From an uncultured Gemmatimonadaceae bacterium (lineage in GTDB: Bacteria > Gemmatimonadota > Gemmatimonadetes > Gemmatimonadales > Gemmatimonadaceae), in the NCBI GenBank assembly GCA_963829055.1, contig CAWHHI010000020.1, forward strand, positions 512,001 to 576,000: DNA of 64,000 nucleotides, given 5' to 3'. The position numbers and the translations under genes were made by a program. The notes beneath the pieces are model-generated. The model made no database searches, was not told the DNA's origin, and saw only the letters and a list, made by a program, of their open reading frames with translations. Of the stretch, positions 45,095-55,055 are shown one piece after another. Position 1 is the first letter of the stretch; each line of letters begins with the position of its first letter.

Positions 45095-45586
45095 TTGATA
45101 CCTCCTGCTTTGATTACGGTCATGTCCTCATCGCCCAACACCGCCCCCTGGCAGCTCGCACCTGTGTCCGCAGCTCCGCGGGTCGCCGCGGCCGCGCTCG
45201 CGGTCATTGCCATCGATTCGACGTTCGCCTGGCAGTCGATGCCGCTCCTCGCGTCGATCGCGTTTCTGATCATTCCACTGCTTGTGGCTATCCGCGTCGT
45301 GCGCGGGTTTCCTGGGTCACTCAGCGCCAGCGCCGTCACCCTCGGCGTTACGGCAGCGCTCGCCGGTCGCGCGCTCGTTGCATCGACACCCTCTCGACCC
45401 GCATACGTCTCGTCTGCCCTTCTGGTCGCAGCGATCGTGAGCGCCGTCGGGCTAGCAGCCGTCGCGGTCGCCTGGTGGGGTCGGCGGCAGCACGCACCGA
45501 TCATTGCCATCGAGATCACCGACTCTGGCGAATTCGCGGTCGTCCGGAGCTGGTCACGCCGGGCCCGCAACCGGACATATCGATAG
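45095..45586 (+). CDS. Hypothetical membrane protein
   Basis: About 4 hydrophobic segments; start uncertain. Confidence 0.5.
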   Translation: MIPPALITVMSSSPNTAPWQLAPVSAAPRVAAAALAVIAIDSTFAWQSMPLLASIAFLIIPLLVAIRVVRGFPGSLSASAVTLGVTAALAGRALVASTPSRPAYVSSALLVAAIVSAVGLAAVAVAWWGRRQHAPIIAIEITDSGEFAVVRSWSRRARNRTYR

Positions 45587-45852
45587 CGCAGTCATCCTGG
45601 AACATGACGAGGGCAGCCGACTTTCGGACATTGTCGGCCATTTTGTGCAGAAAACGCATTATTTCTTGCGCGACGTCTCAGGTAACAGCTAGATTCTGAG
45701 ACCAACGCAACGGTTTTTCTGTCGTTTCTGCACGTTTTACAGAACGCCAGCGGGCCTTACATCGTGATGGCGCGACGTTAGGCCCGCCTCGTCGTTTTCC
45801 GAACCTGCCCTGTCCGCCCGCCCTCGAGCCTTCGTCCGGGAGTCTTCGACGC

Positions 45853-48090
45853 ATGCCATCAACCAGCTCAACGCCGCGAAAAGCCGCGATCCAGTCGATC
45901 GCCGGCCGAGCCGCCACCAAGCCAGCGCACCCTAACGCGTCCGAGAACGGCGGCCCGCCGCCACGCCCGACTTCCGACTACTTCGGCATCAACACATTCG
46001 GCTGGCGCCAGATGCGCTCGAAGCTGCCACGCGAGGTCTACGCGAAGCTTCTCGCCTCGGTCCGACACGGAAAGAAGCTCGATGGCGAGATCGCGCCGAC
46101 GGTCGCGCAGGTCATCAAGGAATGGGCGATTTCGCGCGGGGTCACGCACTTCACGCACTGGTTCCAGCCCATGACGGGGCTGACGGCCGAGAAGCACGAC
46201 GCCTTCCTCTCGTTCGATGATCAGCGTCAGCCGGTCGAGACGTTCTCCGGCGCACAGCTCATCCAGAGCGAGCCGGACGCGTCCAGCTTCCCGTCGGGCG
46301 GATTGCGCGCGACGTGGGAAGCGCGCGGCTACACGGCGTGGAACCCGGCGAGCCCGGTGTTCATCGTCGAGTCCGGCGGCGCACGCACGTTATGCATCCC
46401 GTCGGTCTTCATCGGCTACAACGGCGAAGCGCTCGACGAGATGACGCCGCTCCTCCGCTCGAGCGACGTCCTCTCCGAGAAGGCGATGGGGCTGCTCGAG
46501 TTGTTAGGCGACACCGGCATCATCCGCGTCTACACCACGCTCGGACCGGAGCAGGAATACTTCCTCATCGATCGCACCCACTTCGCGCTCCGCCCCGACC
46601 TCGTCATGGCAGGCCGCACGCTGGTCGGTGCGCCGCCGCCGCGCGGCCAGCAGCTCGAAGACCACTACTTCGGCGGCATTCCCGAGCGCATCCAGGCGTG
46701 CATCTCCGAAGTCGAGACTGAGCTGTACAAGCTCGGCGTCCCGATCGTCACGCGGCATAACGAGGTCGCGCCCTGTCAGTTCGAGATGGCGCCGAACTTC
46801 GAGGACACGGACATCGCCGTCGACCACAACCAGCTCGTGATGGCGACGCTGCGCAAGGTCGCGTTGCGCCACGGACTGCAGGCCGTGCTGCACGAGAAGC
46901 CGTTCGCCGGGATCAACGGCTCGGGCAAGCACTGCAACTGGTCCATGGCCATCTCGGCCGACGGTCCGCTCGATGGCGTGAACCTGCTCAAGCCGGGCAG
47001 GACGCCGCATCAGAACATCCGCTTCCTCATCTTCCTCGCGGCCGTTCTGAAGGGCGTGCACAAGCACGCGGGACTCCTGCGCGCCGGCATCGGCACGTCG
47101 GGGAACGAGCACCGGCTCGGCGCGAACGAGGCACCGCCCGCCATCATCTCGGTGTTCATGGGCGCCATGCTCACGCGTCTCATCGAGAACATCATCGCCG
47201 GCAAGGAAGCGGGCAAAGGCGCTGAGCAGCAGCTCATCAAGCTCGGCGTCGCGAAGCTGCCGGAGATCGAGAAAGACAACACGGATCGCAACCGCACGTC
47301 GCCGTTCGCGTTCACCGGCAACAAGTTCGAATTCCGCGCCGTCGGCTCGTCGCAGTCCATCGCGTTCCCGGTCACGCTGCTCCATGCTGCGGTCGCCGAA
47401 GCGATCGGCGAGCTCACGGATCAGCTCCGCGAGACGCTCAAGCGCACGAAGAACGTGAACGACGCGGTGCTCAAGGTCGTACGCGAGTCGTTCAAGGAGA
47501 CGAGCGCGGTGCGCTTCGAAGGGAACAACTACTCGCAGGAGTGGGTGGACGACGCTGCCAAGCGTGGCCTGCTCAATCTGCGTCGCACGCCGGAAGCGCT
47601 GGCACAGCTCACGACGAAGTCGTCGCGCGCCGTGTTCACGAAGCTCGGCATCCTCGCGAAGGCCGAGATCGACTCGCGCTACCACGTGCGGATGGAGCGC
47701 TACATCAAGGACATGCTCATCGAGCTGCACACGTTAGGCCAGATCATCGATACGATGATCCTGCCGGCGTGCTACTCGTATCATGGACTGCTCGCCGAGG
47801 CGGCGTCGAATGCGACGGCGGCCGGGATCAAGTCGATTCCACAGATCGCGGCGGCGAACGAAGCCGGCGCGCTCATCGAGCAGCTGCAGACCCGTCGCGC
47901 GGCACTGGCGAAAGTGATCGAGAACGCGGAGCACAAGCACGACGACGTCGACGGCTGTGGCCGGCTGCTGACGTCGGACGGCGCCGACGCGATGGCGGCG
48001 GTGCGCGAGACGTGCGACGCACTCGAGCTCATCGTCGGTGACGAGTACTGGCCGCTGCCGAAGTACCGGGAGATGCTCTTCCCGGTGTAG
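45853..48090 (+). CDS. Glutamine synthetase type III
   Basis: HWFQPMTG, AEKHD, EPDASSFPSGGLR, EQEYF, HNEVAP, NGSGKHCNWS, DRNRTSPFAFTGNKFEFR. Confidence 0.96.
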   Translation: MPSTSSTPRKAAIQSIAGRAATKPAHPNASENGGPPPRPTSDYFGINTFGWRQMRSKLPREVYAKLLASVRHGKKLDGEIAPTVAQVIKEWAISRGVTHFTHWFQPMTGLTAEKHDAFLSFDDQRQPVETFSGAQLIQSEPDASSFPSGGLRATWEARGYTAWNPASPVFIVESGGARTLCIPSVFIGYNGEALDEMTPLLRSSDVLSEKAMGLLELLGDTGIIRVYTTLGPEQEYFLIDRTHFALRPDLVMAGRTLVGAPPPRGQQLEDHYFGGIPERIQACISEVETELYKLGVPIVTRHNEVAPCQFEMAPNFEDTDIAVDHNQLVMATLRKVALRHGLQAVLHEKPFAGINGSGKHCNWSMAISADGPLDGVNLLKPGRTPHQNIRFLIFLAAVLKGVHKHAGLLRAGIGTSGNEHRLGANEAPPAIISVFMGAMLTRLIENIIAGKEAGKGAEQQLIKLGVAKLPEIEKDNTDRNRTSPFAFTGNKFEFRAVGSSQSIAFPVTLLHAAVAEAIGELTDQLRETLKRTKNVNDAVLKVVRESFKETSAVRFEGNNYSQEWVDDAAKRGLLNLRRTPEALAQLTTKSSRAVFTKLGILAKAEIDSRYHVRMERYIKDMLIELHTLGQIIDTMILPACYSYHGLLAEAASNATAAGIKSIPQIAAANEAGALIEQLQTRRAALAKVIENAEHKHDDVDGCGRLLTSDGADAMAAVRETCDALELIVGDEYWPLPKYREMLFPV

Positions 48091-48107
48091 TCGTCCTACA
48101 CGTCCTG

Positions 48108-48505
48108 CTACACGTCCTGCCGCGTTAGGGCGCGAGGAGTACGGCCGTCCACATCGGTCACGCCGTACTCCTCCGCCACCGCAGCCGCGACCAGCACCTC
48201 GCCGCTCCGCCGCAACACGTTCTCGTCGCCGGCCAGCGCCGCGATCACTAGCCGCCCCACGCGTTGTTCACGAGATGATCGATACGACCGTGCCTGGCGT
48301 CGATCTGCGCGAACACGCGCTCGACCTCCGCATCGTCCGTGTGATCGCACGGTACGCGGATCACGTCCGGCGGGAGGTCAGCGTCGGCGACCGTTCGGCC
48401 GGTCGCGTACACGGTCGATCCGGTTTCCGCCATGCTGACGGCAACGCCGCGACCGACGCCGCGGCTCCCGCCCGTCACGAGCGTTACGGTGTCCGCGAGC
48501 GCCAC
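48108..48505 (-). pseudogene. SDR oxidoreductase (DHRS1-like) with an internal deletion
   Basis: TGGSRGVG...LVNNAWGG is joined out of frame near 48250 to the C-terminal VIAALAGDENV...YGVTDVDG; the YxxxK region is missing. Confidence 0.7.
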
Positions 48506-48595
48506 GACGACACCTCCACGATTCTGGCAACGTGAGTAACGTTCATCATGGTGATGGTGAAAACCGACGACGACCATGATGCCGCGGCTCGTTGA

Positions 48596-49123
48596 ATGAC
48601 GCCACCGACAGTTCGACTCGTGCCGTACGACAGCACGTGGCCATTGGAGTTCGCCACCGAAGCCGAGCGTATCGAGCGAGCGTGTGCCGGCCTGCCGATC
48701 AGGCTCGAACACATCGGGAGCACGTCGATTCCCGGGCTGTCCGCGAAGCCCGTGATCGACATTCTCGCCGGCCGACCCGGCAACGTTCGCGGCACAAGTT
48801 ACGTCGAGGCGTTCAAGCAGCTGGGCTACGAGCACAAGGGTGCGTTCGGTATTCCGGGACGAAACTATTTCCGCCGCGGCACGCCGCGCACGCATCACGT
48901 GCATCTGGTGAACTGGTCGAGCGACCTGTGGAGCGATCACCTTCTCTTCCGTGACTACCTCCGCATGCATGCCGAGGTTGCGCGCGAGTACGAGACGCTC
49001 AAGCGAGAGCTCGCCGGACTGTACTTGCACGACAAGGAGCGGTACACCGACGCCAAGGGCCCCTTCGTTCGTTCGATCGTGCGTCGCGCCCGCGAAGAAG
49101 GCTTCGCCGACGCCTACCGCTGA
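48596..49123 (+). CDS. GrpB family protein
   Basis: HIGSTSIPGLSAKPVIDI, FRDYLR, YTDAK. Confidence 0.9.
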   Translation: MTPPTVRLVPYDSTWPLEFATEAERIERACAGLPIRLEHIGSTSIPGLSAKPVIDILAGRPGNVRGTSYVEAFKQLGYEHKGAFGIPGRNYFRRGTPRTHHVHLVNWSSDLWSDHLLFRDYLRMHAEVAREYETLKRELAGLYLHDKERYTDAKGPFVRSIVRRAREEGFADAYR

Positions 49124-50385
49124 TGCCACCGCGTAGCCCACGTCGCTCGGCCGCACAGTCGAAGGCCGACAAACTGACTGGGACGATCGAGCCGACGACG
49201 GCGTCCGCTGAGCTCGCGACGCTCACCGCACTCGCTCAGGCGCTGAGCGGACCGGCCGATCTGGCGACGTCGCTCGAGGCCGCGCTCGCGACCGTTGCCG
49301 ACCTGCTCGGTCTCGAGACGGGATGGGTGTGGCTGCTCGACGCGTCGAACGAGCCGACGCTCGCCGCCGCTCGCGCTCTGCCGCCGTCGCTGCGTGATCA
49401 CCCTGACGCGATGCACGGCGACTGCTACTGTCTCAAGACGTTTCGTGCAGGTGATCTTCGCGGTGCCGCGAACGTGAACGTCGTCTGGTGCAGCAGGCTC
49501 GCGCTGCTCCACGACGATGACGGAGGCGACGACGACGTCGGTCGACTGCAATGTCACGCGAGCGTCCCGCTCGCGGTGGGTGACCGCAGGCTCGGGATGT
49601 TGAACGTCGCGAGCCGTGACTGGCGTGTGCTCTCGGATGCAGAGCTGAGCCTGTTGACGACTGCCGGTGCGCTCGTGAGCCTCGCCGTGGAGCGCAGTCG
49701 GCTCGAGGCCGCGACCGTTCGCGCGCGCGCCGCGGAAGAGCGCAATCGCCTTGCGCGTGAGATTCACGACACGCTCGCCCAGGGACTCGCCGGCCTCACC
49801 ATGCATCTCGAGGTCGCGGACGCACTCACGAGTACCAGCGCGCCCGGCGACGAGCGACTCGGTGCCGCTGTCAGGCGGGCACTCGCGCTTGCGCGGTCGA
49901 CACTCGACGAAGCGAGACGGTCGGTGCTGGATCTGCGTGAGGCACCACTCGAGGGGCGAACGCTTCGGGAGGCGATCGACGCGCTGGCCCACCACACCCG
50001 GGCCATGAATGCGGAGCGCGTCGAGATCGAGACCGCCGTGTCCGACGAGGTGGACGACGGCCTAACGCCGGCCATCGCCACCGGTCTCTACCGGGTGGCC
50101 CAGCAGGCCGTCGCCAACGCGCTGCAGCATGCCCGAGCGCGACACATCCTGGTGCGCCTCACGCGAGACACCGGCACCCTCCGGTTGCGCGTCGAGGACG
50201 ACGGGACCGGCTTCGATGCGGGTGACGTATCGGCCGACCGCTTCGGGCTCGTCGGCATGCGGGAGCGCGCGCACCTCATCGGCGGCACGCTGACGGTGGA
50301 GAGCGCGCCGGACGCCGGGACGGCGATCAATGTGGTGGTGCCGGTCGACGTTAGGCGTGGGCGTCCGCGGCACGGGCAGCCATGA
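49123..50385 (+). CDS. Cytoplasmic GAF sensor histidine kinase (HisKA_3), AirS/YhcY-like
   Basis: No TM; GAF with CYC...AANVN..CSRL...HASVPL...G.LNVAS; ERNRLAREIHDTLAQ; DDGTGF, FGLVGMRERA. Confidence 0.88.
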   Translation: MPPRSPRRSAAQSKADKLTGTIEPTTASAELATLTALAQALSGPADLATSLEAALATVADLLGLETGWVWLLDASNEPTLAAARALPPSLRDHPDAMHGDCYCLKTFRAGDLRGAANVNVVWCSRLALLHDDDGGDDDVGRLQCHASVPLAVGDRRLGMLNVASRDWRVLSDAELSLLTTAGALVSLAVERSRLEAATVRARAAEERNRLAREIHDTLAQGLAGLTMHLEVADALTSTSAPGDERLGAAVRRALALARSTLDEARRSVLDLREAPLEGRTLREAIDALAHHTRAMNAERVEIETAVSDEVDDGLTPAIATGLYRVAQQAVANALQHARARHILVRLTRDTGTLRLRVEDDGTGFDAGDVSADRFGLVGMRERAHLIGGTLTVESAPDAGTAINVVVPVDVRRGRPRHGQP

Positions 50386-51047
50386 GCAACCCTGACACGC
50401 CAGGGCGGATTCGCATCGCCGTCGCCGACGATCACCCCGTTGTTCGCGACGGCCTGATCGCGATGCTCGAGACGCAACCCGATTTCACGATCACGGGCAG
50501 CGCGGGAACCGGCGCCGAAGCGCTCGCGCTCGTACGGTCGAGCGACCCCAATGTCCTGCTGCTCGACCTCGAGATGCCGGACCTCGATGGCGTGGCGGTG
50601 CTGCGCCGCCTGCGCGAAATGAACGGACGTGTGCGTGCGATCGTGTTTACTGCCTTCGACACCGACGAGCGCATCATCTCGGCCGTGGAGGCCGGAGCGG
50701 CCGGGTATCTCCTCAAGGGCGCGCCGCGCGCGGACGTGTTCGCGGCTGTGCGCGTGGTGGCCGGCGGCGGCTCGCTGCTCGCGCCACTCGCGGCGTCGGC
50801 GGTGCTGCGTCGCGTCCGCGGTGAATCGCCTCCAACCACCGCGACGAGTCCGGGCCTAACGCCGCGCGAGCGGAGTGTGCTCGAGCACCTGGCGCGTGGG
50901 CTCGGCAACAAGCAGATCGCGGCGCGACTCGGGATCTCCGAACGAACGGTCAAATTTCATGTGAGCTCGGTGTTCACGAAGCTGGGCGCCGCGAACAGAA
51001 CGGACGCCGTGGCGCGGGCCGCGCAGGCCGGGATCATCCAGCTATAG
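50382..51047 (+). CDS. NarL/LuxR-family response regulator
   Basis: ADDHPVVR, DLEMP, LTPRE, NKQIA, TVKFHV. Confidence 0.95.
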   Translation: MSNPDTPGRIRIAVADDHPVVRDGLIAMLETQPDFTITGSAGTGAEALALVRSSDPNVLLLDLEMPDLDGVAVLRRLREMNGRVRAIVFTAFDTDERIISAVEAGAAGYLLKGAPRADVFAAVRVVAGGGSLLAPLAASAVLRRVRGESPPTTATSPGLTPRERSVLEHLARGLGNKQIAARLGISERTVKFHVSSVFTKLGAANRTDAVARAAQAGIIQL

Positions 51048-51116
51048 CATTCGACGCGTCGCAGCGAGCGGTGCTCAGTGACGGGATGTGCTTCGGGCAG
51101 GTCGGCAGCGAGCGCT

Positions 51117-53786
51117 TCACTCCTCCCGCATGGCCGTGAGGACGTCCACGTGCAAGGCATCACGCGCCGGCAGATAACACGCGAGCACAGCCGCCGCCGT
51201 AAGTAACAGCGCCACGCCCGCGTACGTCGGCAGATCGAGCGCCGTGACGCCGAACAGCAGCGTCGCCATGTAGCGAGACAGCGCCACCGCTCCCGTCAGG
51301 CCCACGACGAGCCCGATCACCACGGGCCGCATCCCCTGGGAGATGATGAGCCGGAGCACGCTCGACGTACTCGCGCCGAGCGCCATGCGCATACCGATCT
51401 CCGTGCGACGGCGCGACACGCTGTACGACAACACGCCGTACACACCGGCAAGCGCGAGCAAGAGCGCGACAGCCGCCAGCGACGCGAGCAGCAGCATCGT
51501 GAACCGGCGCGCGGCGACTGACTCTCCCACCATGTCGTCGAGTGTGCGGACGTTCGATAACGGCGTCGTCGGCGCCACCTCCTTCATGATCGCGCGGACG
51601 CTCGGAATGAGCGCCGACGGGGCCGAGTTGGTGTGCACGATGAAATGCACCGGCGTCATCCCGCCGCCATTGTACGGCATGTAGACCGCGAGTGACGGCG
51701 TGTCGGCGAGATCCCAGTCGCGCGTGTCGCCGGCGACGCCGATGACCTCCGCGATGTCCTCGTTCTGCCCCTTCCAGAGCACGATGTGGCGACCAACCGC
51801 GCTTTCACCGGGCCACAGACGTTCCGCGACGCGATGGCTGATGATGACGCGCCATGGCTTCCCGATGACATCCTGGTCGGTGAAGTCGCGCCCCGCCTCC
51901 AGCGGCACACCCATGGTCTTGAAGTAGTCACGCGTGATCATACGCCAGCCCGCCCACGGAATCGCATCGCGCGCGGGTGACGGCTTGTCCTGGGCGGCGA
52001 ATCCCATGCCGGTCCCGATGCCGCGGAGTAACCCCATGCTCACCCCCGCGACGCCCTGCACCTGCGGCAGCGCCTCGAGGCGCGTCTTGAGCTGCGTCAT
52101 CGCGGCGGTGAATCGCTGCGCGTCCGCGTCGTTCTGCGGGCCCGGCAGCGTCACCTCGAACGTGACGCGGTTCTCCGTCTTGAAACCGCGGTCGACGGCG
52201 AGCACCGCGCCGAAACTGCGAATGAGAAGCCCAGCGCCTACGAGCAGCACGAGCGACAGCGCCACCTCGATGCTCACGAGCGCGGCGCGCAGGCCAACCG
52301 TGCGACGATTGCCGACGACGCTCCGTTCGCCCTCCCTGAGCGCGGCGACGATGTCGTGGTACGGCGTCCGTAGCGCCGGGACGAGCCCGGTGATGATGCT
52401 CGTGAGCAGCGCCGCGCCTAACGTCAACGCCAGCACCGCCCCGTCCACCGACACCTCGGCCAGGCGCGGAATGTCTCCGGGGTCGAACGCGCGCAGCAGG
52501 CGCACGACGCCGAACGCGATCCCCAGTCCGACGGCCGCACCAACAAGGCCGAGTAACAGCGACTCGGCGACCGCCGTCTGCACGATGCGCCCCCGCGACG
52601 CACCCAGCGCCGACCGCACCGCACGCTCACGAACGCGACCCGTGGATCGCGCGAGCAGCATGTTCGCCAGGTTCACGCACGCGATGAGCAGCAGGAAGCC
52701 GACCGACGCCATGAGAACCCACAGTGCGCGGCGCAGCGAGTCGCTCGCGACCCAATCTGCGGAAGGCCCAACGGTGATGCCCATGCCTTTCGCTTGCGGG
52801 TACTGACTCGCGAGTTGGCGGGCGACGCGCTCCAGATCCGCGTGCGCGGCCGCAACCGTTACGCCAGGCTCGAGACGTCCAACGACGGTGAGCTCGAAGC
52901 TGTCCCTGTCCTCACGCGGCCCGCGCGTCAGTGGAAGAAACAGGTCGCCCGCGTCGAGCCACGGCGTGCCGGGTGGCAACACGCCGATCACGCGGTAGCC
53001 GCTCCCACTCAGCGTGATCGTGCGCCCGACGATACCACGGTCGCCGCCGAACTGCGTCGTCCACAACCGATGGCTGAGGATGGCGACGCGCGTGTCCGCA
53101 CCGGCGCGATCCTCTCCGTCGGCCAGTGTCCGGCCGGCGAGGGGCGTGACGCCTAACGCGCGGAAGAATCCCGTGGTGACATACGCTACGTTCAGCCGCT
53201 CCGGGCTGTCCTTCCCCGCCAGCGTTATCGACCCCCACGTGATCGCGCCCATCGCGGTGAGCGTGCGATTCATGTCCTGGACGTCCCAGAAGTTCGCGTG
53301 CGTGAACGACGACTGGGTCCAGCCGCGGTCCTGACGCGCCTCCCAGATCTGAACGAGGCGGTCCGGCTCCGGGAACGGCAGCGGACGGAGCAGCACGGTG
53401 CGCACGACGCTGAAGATGGCCGCGTTGGCGCCGATACCTAACGCCAGCGTCAGCACGGCGATCGCGGTGAACGCCGGCTGCCGGATCATCGCCCGGGCGC
53501 CGGACCGCAGGTCAGCCACGAGGGTCGTCATCTTCTCACTCCCGTTGAGTGTCGGTTCACGCACAGGTGGTGCAACCAGAGGCCCGCCGGTGAGCAACGC
53601 GAGGCGCAGCCGCAGCGCGAAACCGGGGACCTGACGACGGTACCATCGGTTGGCCGATCGACGACCGTCACGCGTTAGGCGCAGGACATACCCTTCACGA
53701 AGCTCCTCGAGCGCCTCGTCCCGCACGGCTTCGGGGAGCAGCAGACGAAGCACGGCGGCGGAGAGCCGCGGCGGCGTGGCTGTCAT
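51117..53786 (-). CDS. Duplicated MacB/FtsX-type ABC permease (ADOP-like)
   Basis: LALGIGANAAIFS, LLIACVNLAN, R.ALGA twice, GVYGVLSY; coupled to PadR; no ATPase gene adjacent. Confidence 0.92.
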   Translation of the reverse strand: MTATPPRLSAAVLRLLLPEAVRDEALEELREGYVLRLTRDGRRSANRWYRRQVPGFALRLRLALLTGGPLVAPPVREPTLNGSEKMTTLVADLRSGARAMIRQPAFTAIAVLTLALGIGANAAIFSVVRTVLLRPLPFPEPDRLVQIWEARQDRGWTQSSFTHANFWDVQDMNRTLTAMGAITWGSITLAGKDSPERLNVAYVTTGFFRALGVTPLAGRTLADGEDRAGADTRVAILSHRLWTTQFGGDRGIVGRTITLSGSGYRVIGVLPPGTPWLDAGDLFLPLTRGPREDRDSFELTVVGRLEPGVTVAAAHADLERVARQLASQYPQAKGMGITVGPSADWVASDSLRRALWVLMASVGFLLLIACVNLANMLLARSTGRVRERAVRSALGASRGRIVQTAVAESLLLGLVGAAVGLGIAFGVVRLLRAFDPGDIPRLAEVSVDGAVLALTLGAALLTSIITGLVPALRTPYHDIVAALREGERSVVGNRRTVGLRAALVSIEVALSLVLLVGAGLLIRSFGAVLAVDRGFKTENRVTFEVTLPGPQNDADAQRFTAAMTQLKTRLEALPQVQGVAGVSMGLLRGIGTGMGFAAQDKPSPARDAIPWAGWRMITRDYFKTMGVPLEAGRDFTDQDVIGKPWRVIISHRVAERLWPGESAVGRHIVLWKGQNEDIAEVIGVAGDTRDWDLADTPSLAVYMPYNGGGMTPVHFIVHTNSAPSALIPSVRAIMKEVAPTTPLSNVRTLDDMVGESVAARRFTMLLLASLAAVALLLALAGVYGVLSYSVSRRRTEIGMRMALGASTSSVLRLIISQGMRPVVIGLVVGLTGAVALSRYMATLLFGVTALDLPTYAGVALLLTAAAVLACYLPARDALHVDVLTAMREE

Positions 53787-54112
53787 GACGGCTCCGCGAG
53801 CGGATCGCCGGCGCGCCACAACCGCTCGAACGTCCGCCGTGACTCGGCGAGCTTGGTCTTGCCCGCCGCGGTGATCTGAAACTCGCGGCTCCCTCGCCCG
53901 CCCTCGCCGGGTCGGGCTTCGCGCTTCGACGAGCGCGCGTAGCCGCGCTGCTCGAGTCGCCTCAACGCCACGAACACCGCGGCGGGTGAGATCGTGCGGC
54001 CCGTCGCCGCCTCGAGCTCGAGCACGATCGGCGCGCCGCGAGACCGGCCGCCGAGTCGAACGAGGGCGAGCATCACGTGATGTTCGAACTCGCCGAGGGC
54101 CATGCGTGACAT
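53783..54112 (-). CDS. PadR-family regulator
   Basis: LGEFEHHVMLAL, LRRLEQRG; ATGA overlap with the permease. Confidence 0.85.
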   Translation of the reverse strand: MSRMALGEFEHHVMLALVRLGGRSRGAPIVLELEAATGRTISPAAVFVALRRLEQRGYARSSKREARPGEGGRGSREFQITAAGKTKLAESRRTFERLWRAGDPLAEPS

Positions 54113-54185
54113 GCGTTGGCTCCTGCGTTGGTCGGCTGGATCAAACTTGCAGTGATAGTATGGTCGCGCATCGGACGAGGCAATA

Positions 54186-54203
54186 CCTGTCCGAATGGAC
54201 AGG
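54186..54203. promoter_or_regulatory. Palindrome CCTGTCC-N4-GGACAGG, candidate regulator site
   Basis: Perfect 7-bp arms in the padR/SDR divergent region. Confidence 0.45.
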
Positions 54204-54314
54204 GCGCTCTGCCCGATCGCTCAATGCCGGGAGGCTCGGAGCGACACGATCGTTCGATCACCGGTGGTCGTCACCGGACATCGAACGGACGGAGTCTCAC
54301 AAAGCCTTGTCGCC

Positions 54315-55055
54315 ATGACAGCCAACATCGACCGAACGGCGCTCATCACCGGCGCCTCACGCGGACTCGGCCTCGCGCTCTCACGCGCGCTCGCCACGCG
54401 TGGATGGAATCTCATTCTCACCGCTCGCGACCCGGAGCGGCTGCGACTCGTGCGGGACGAGCTCGCCCGCGTCACACACGTCGCCGCGATCGCCGGTGAC
54501 GTCATCGACCCCGCACATCGGAGCGCGCTCGCGGTACTCGCGCGCGGTCACGCCGGGCTCGACGCGATCGTGAACAACGCCGGCGTGCTCGGACCGAGCC
54601 CGCAGCCGACACTCCTCGAGTATCCGCTCGAGGCGCTCGTCGAGGTGTTTCTCGCGAACGTGCTGGCGCCGCTCGCCGTCATCCAGGAACTCCGAGGCGA
54701 GCTCAAGCCCGGCGCCCGGATCATCAACGTGACGAGCGACGCCGCGGTCAACGCGTATCCAGGCTGGGGCGGATACGGCGCGAGCAAAGCGGCGCTCGAG
54801 CAGCTCTCGGCGGTTCTCGCGGCGGAGAATCGCGACGTGCGTGTGTATTCCGTCGATCCGGGAGACATGCGCACGGACATGCATCAAGCGGCATATCCAG
54901 GCGAGGACATCAGCGACCGGCCACTCCCCGAGTCGAAGGTGCCGGGATTCATTGCCGTGCTCGAGGGGGATCTGCCGAGCGGGCGGTATGTCGCCTCGGA
55001 CGTCGCGGATGGTGCGCGCTCTCACGCGTTGACATCCGCATCGGTGGCCGCATGA
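54315..55055 (+). CDS. SDR family oxidoreductase
   Basis: TGASRGLG, NNAG, YGASK, VDPGDMRT. Confidence 0.92.
   Translation: MTANIDRTALITGASRGLGLALSRALATRGWNLILTARDPERLRLVRDELARVTHVAAIAGDVIDPAHRSALAVLARGHAGLDAIVNNAGVLGPSPQPTLLEYPLEALVEVFLANVLAPLAVIQELRGELKPGARIINVTSDAAVNAYPGWGGYGASKAALEQLSAVLAAENRDVRVYSVDPGDMRTDMHQAAYPGEDISDRPLPESKVPGFIAVLEGDLPSGRYVASDVADGARSHALTSASVAA

Noticed and set aside
46504..47730. Long antisense or alternative-frame ORFs such as this 408-aa one
   Set aside because: Shadows of real genes in GC-rich DNA, with no recognisable motifs.
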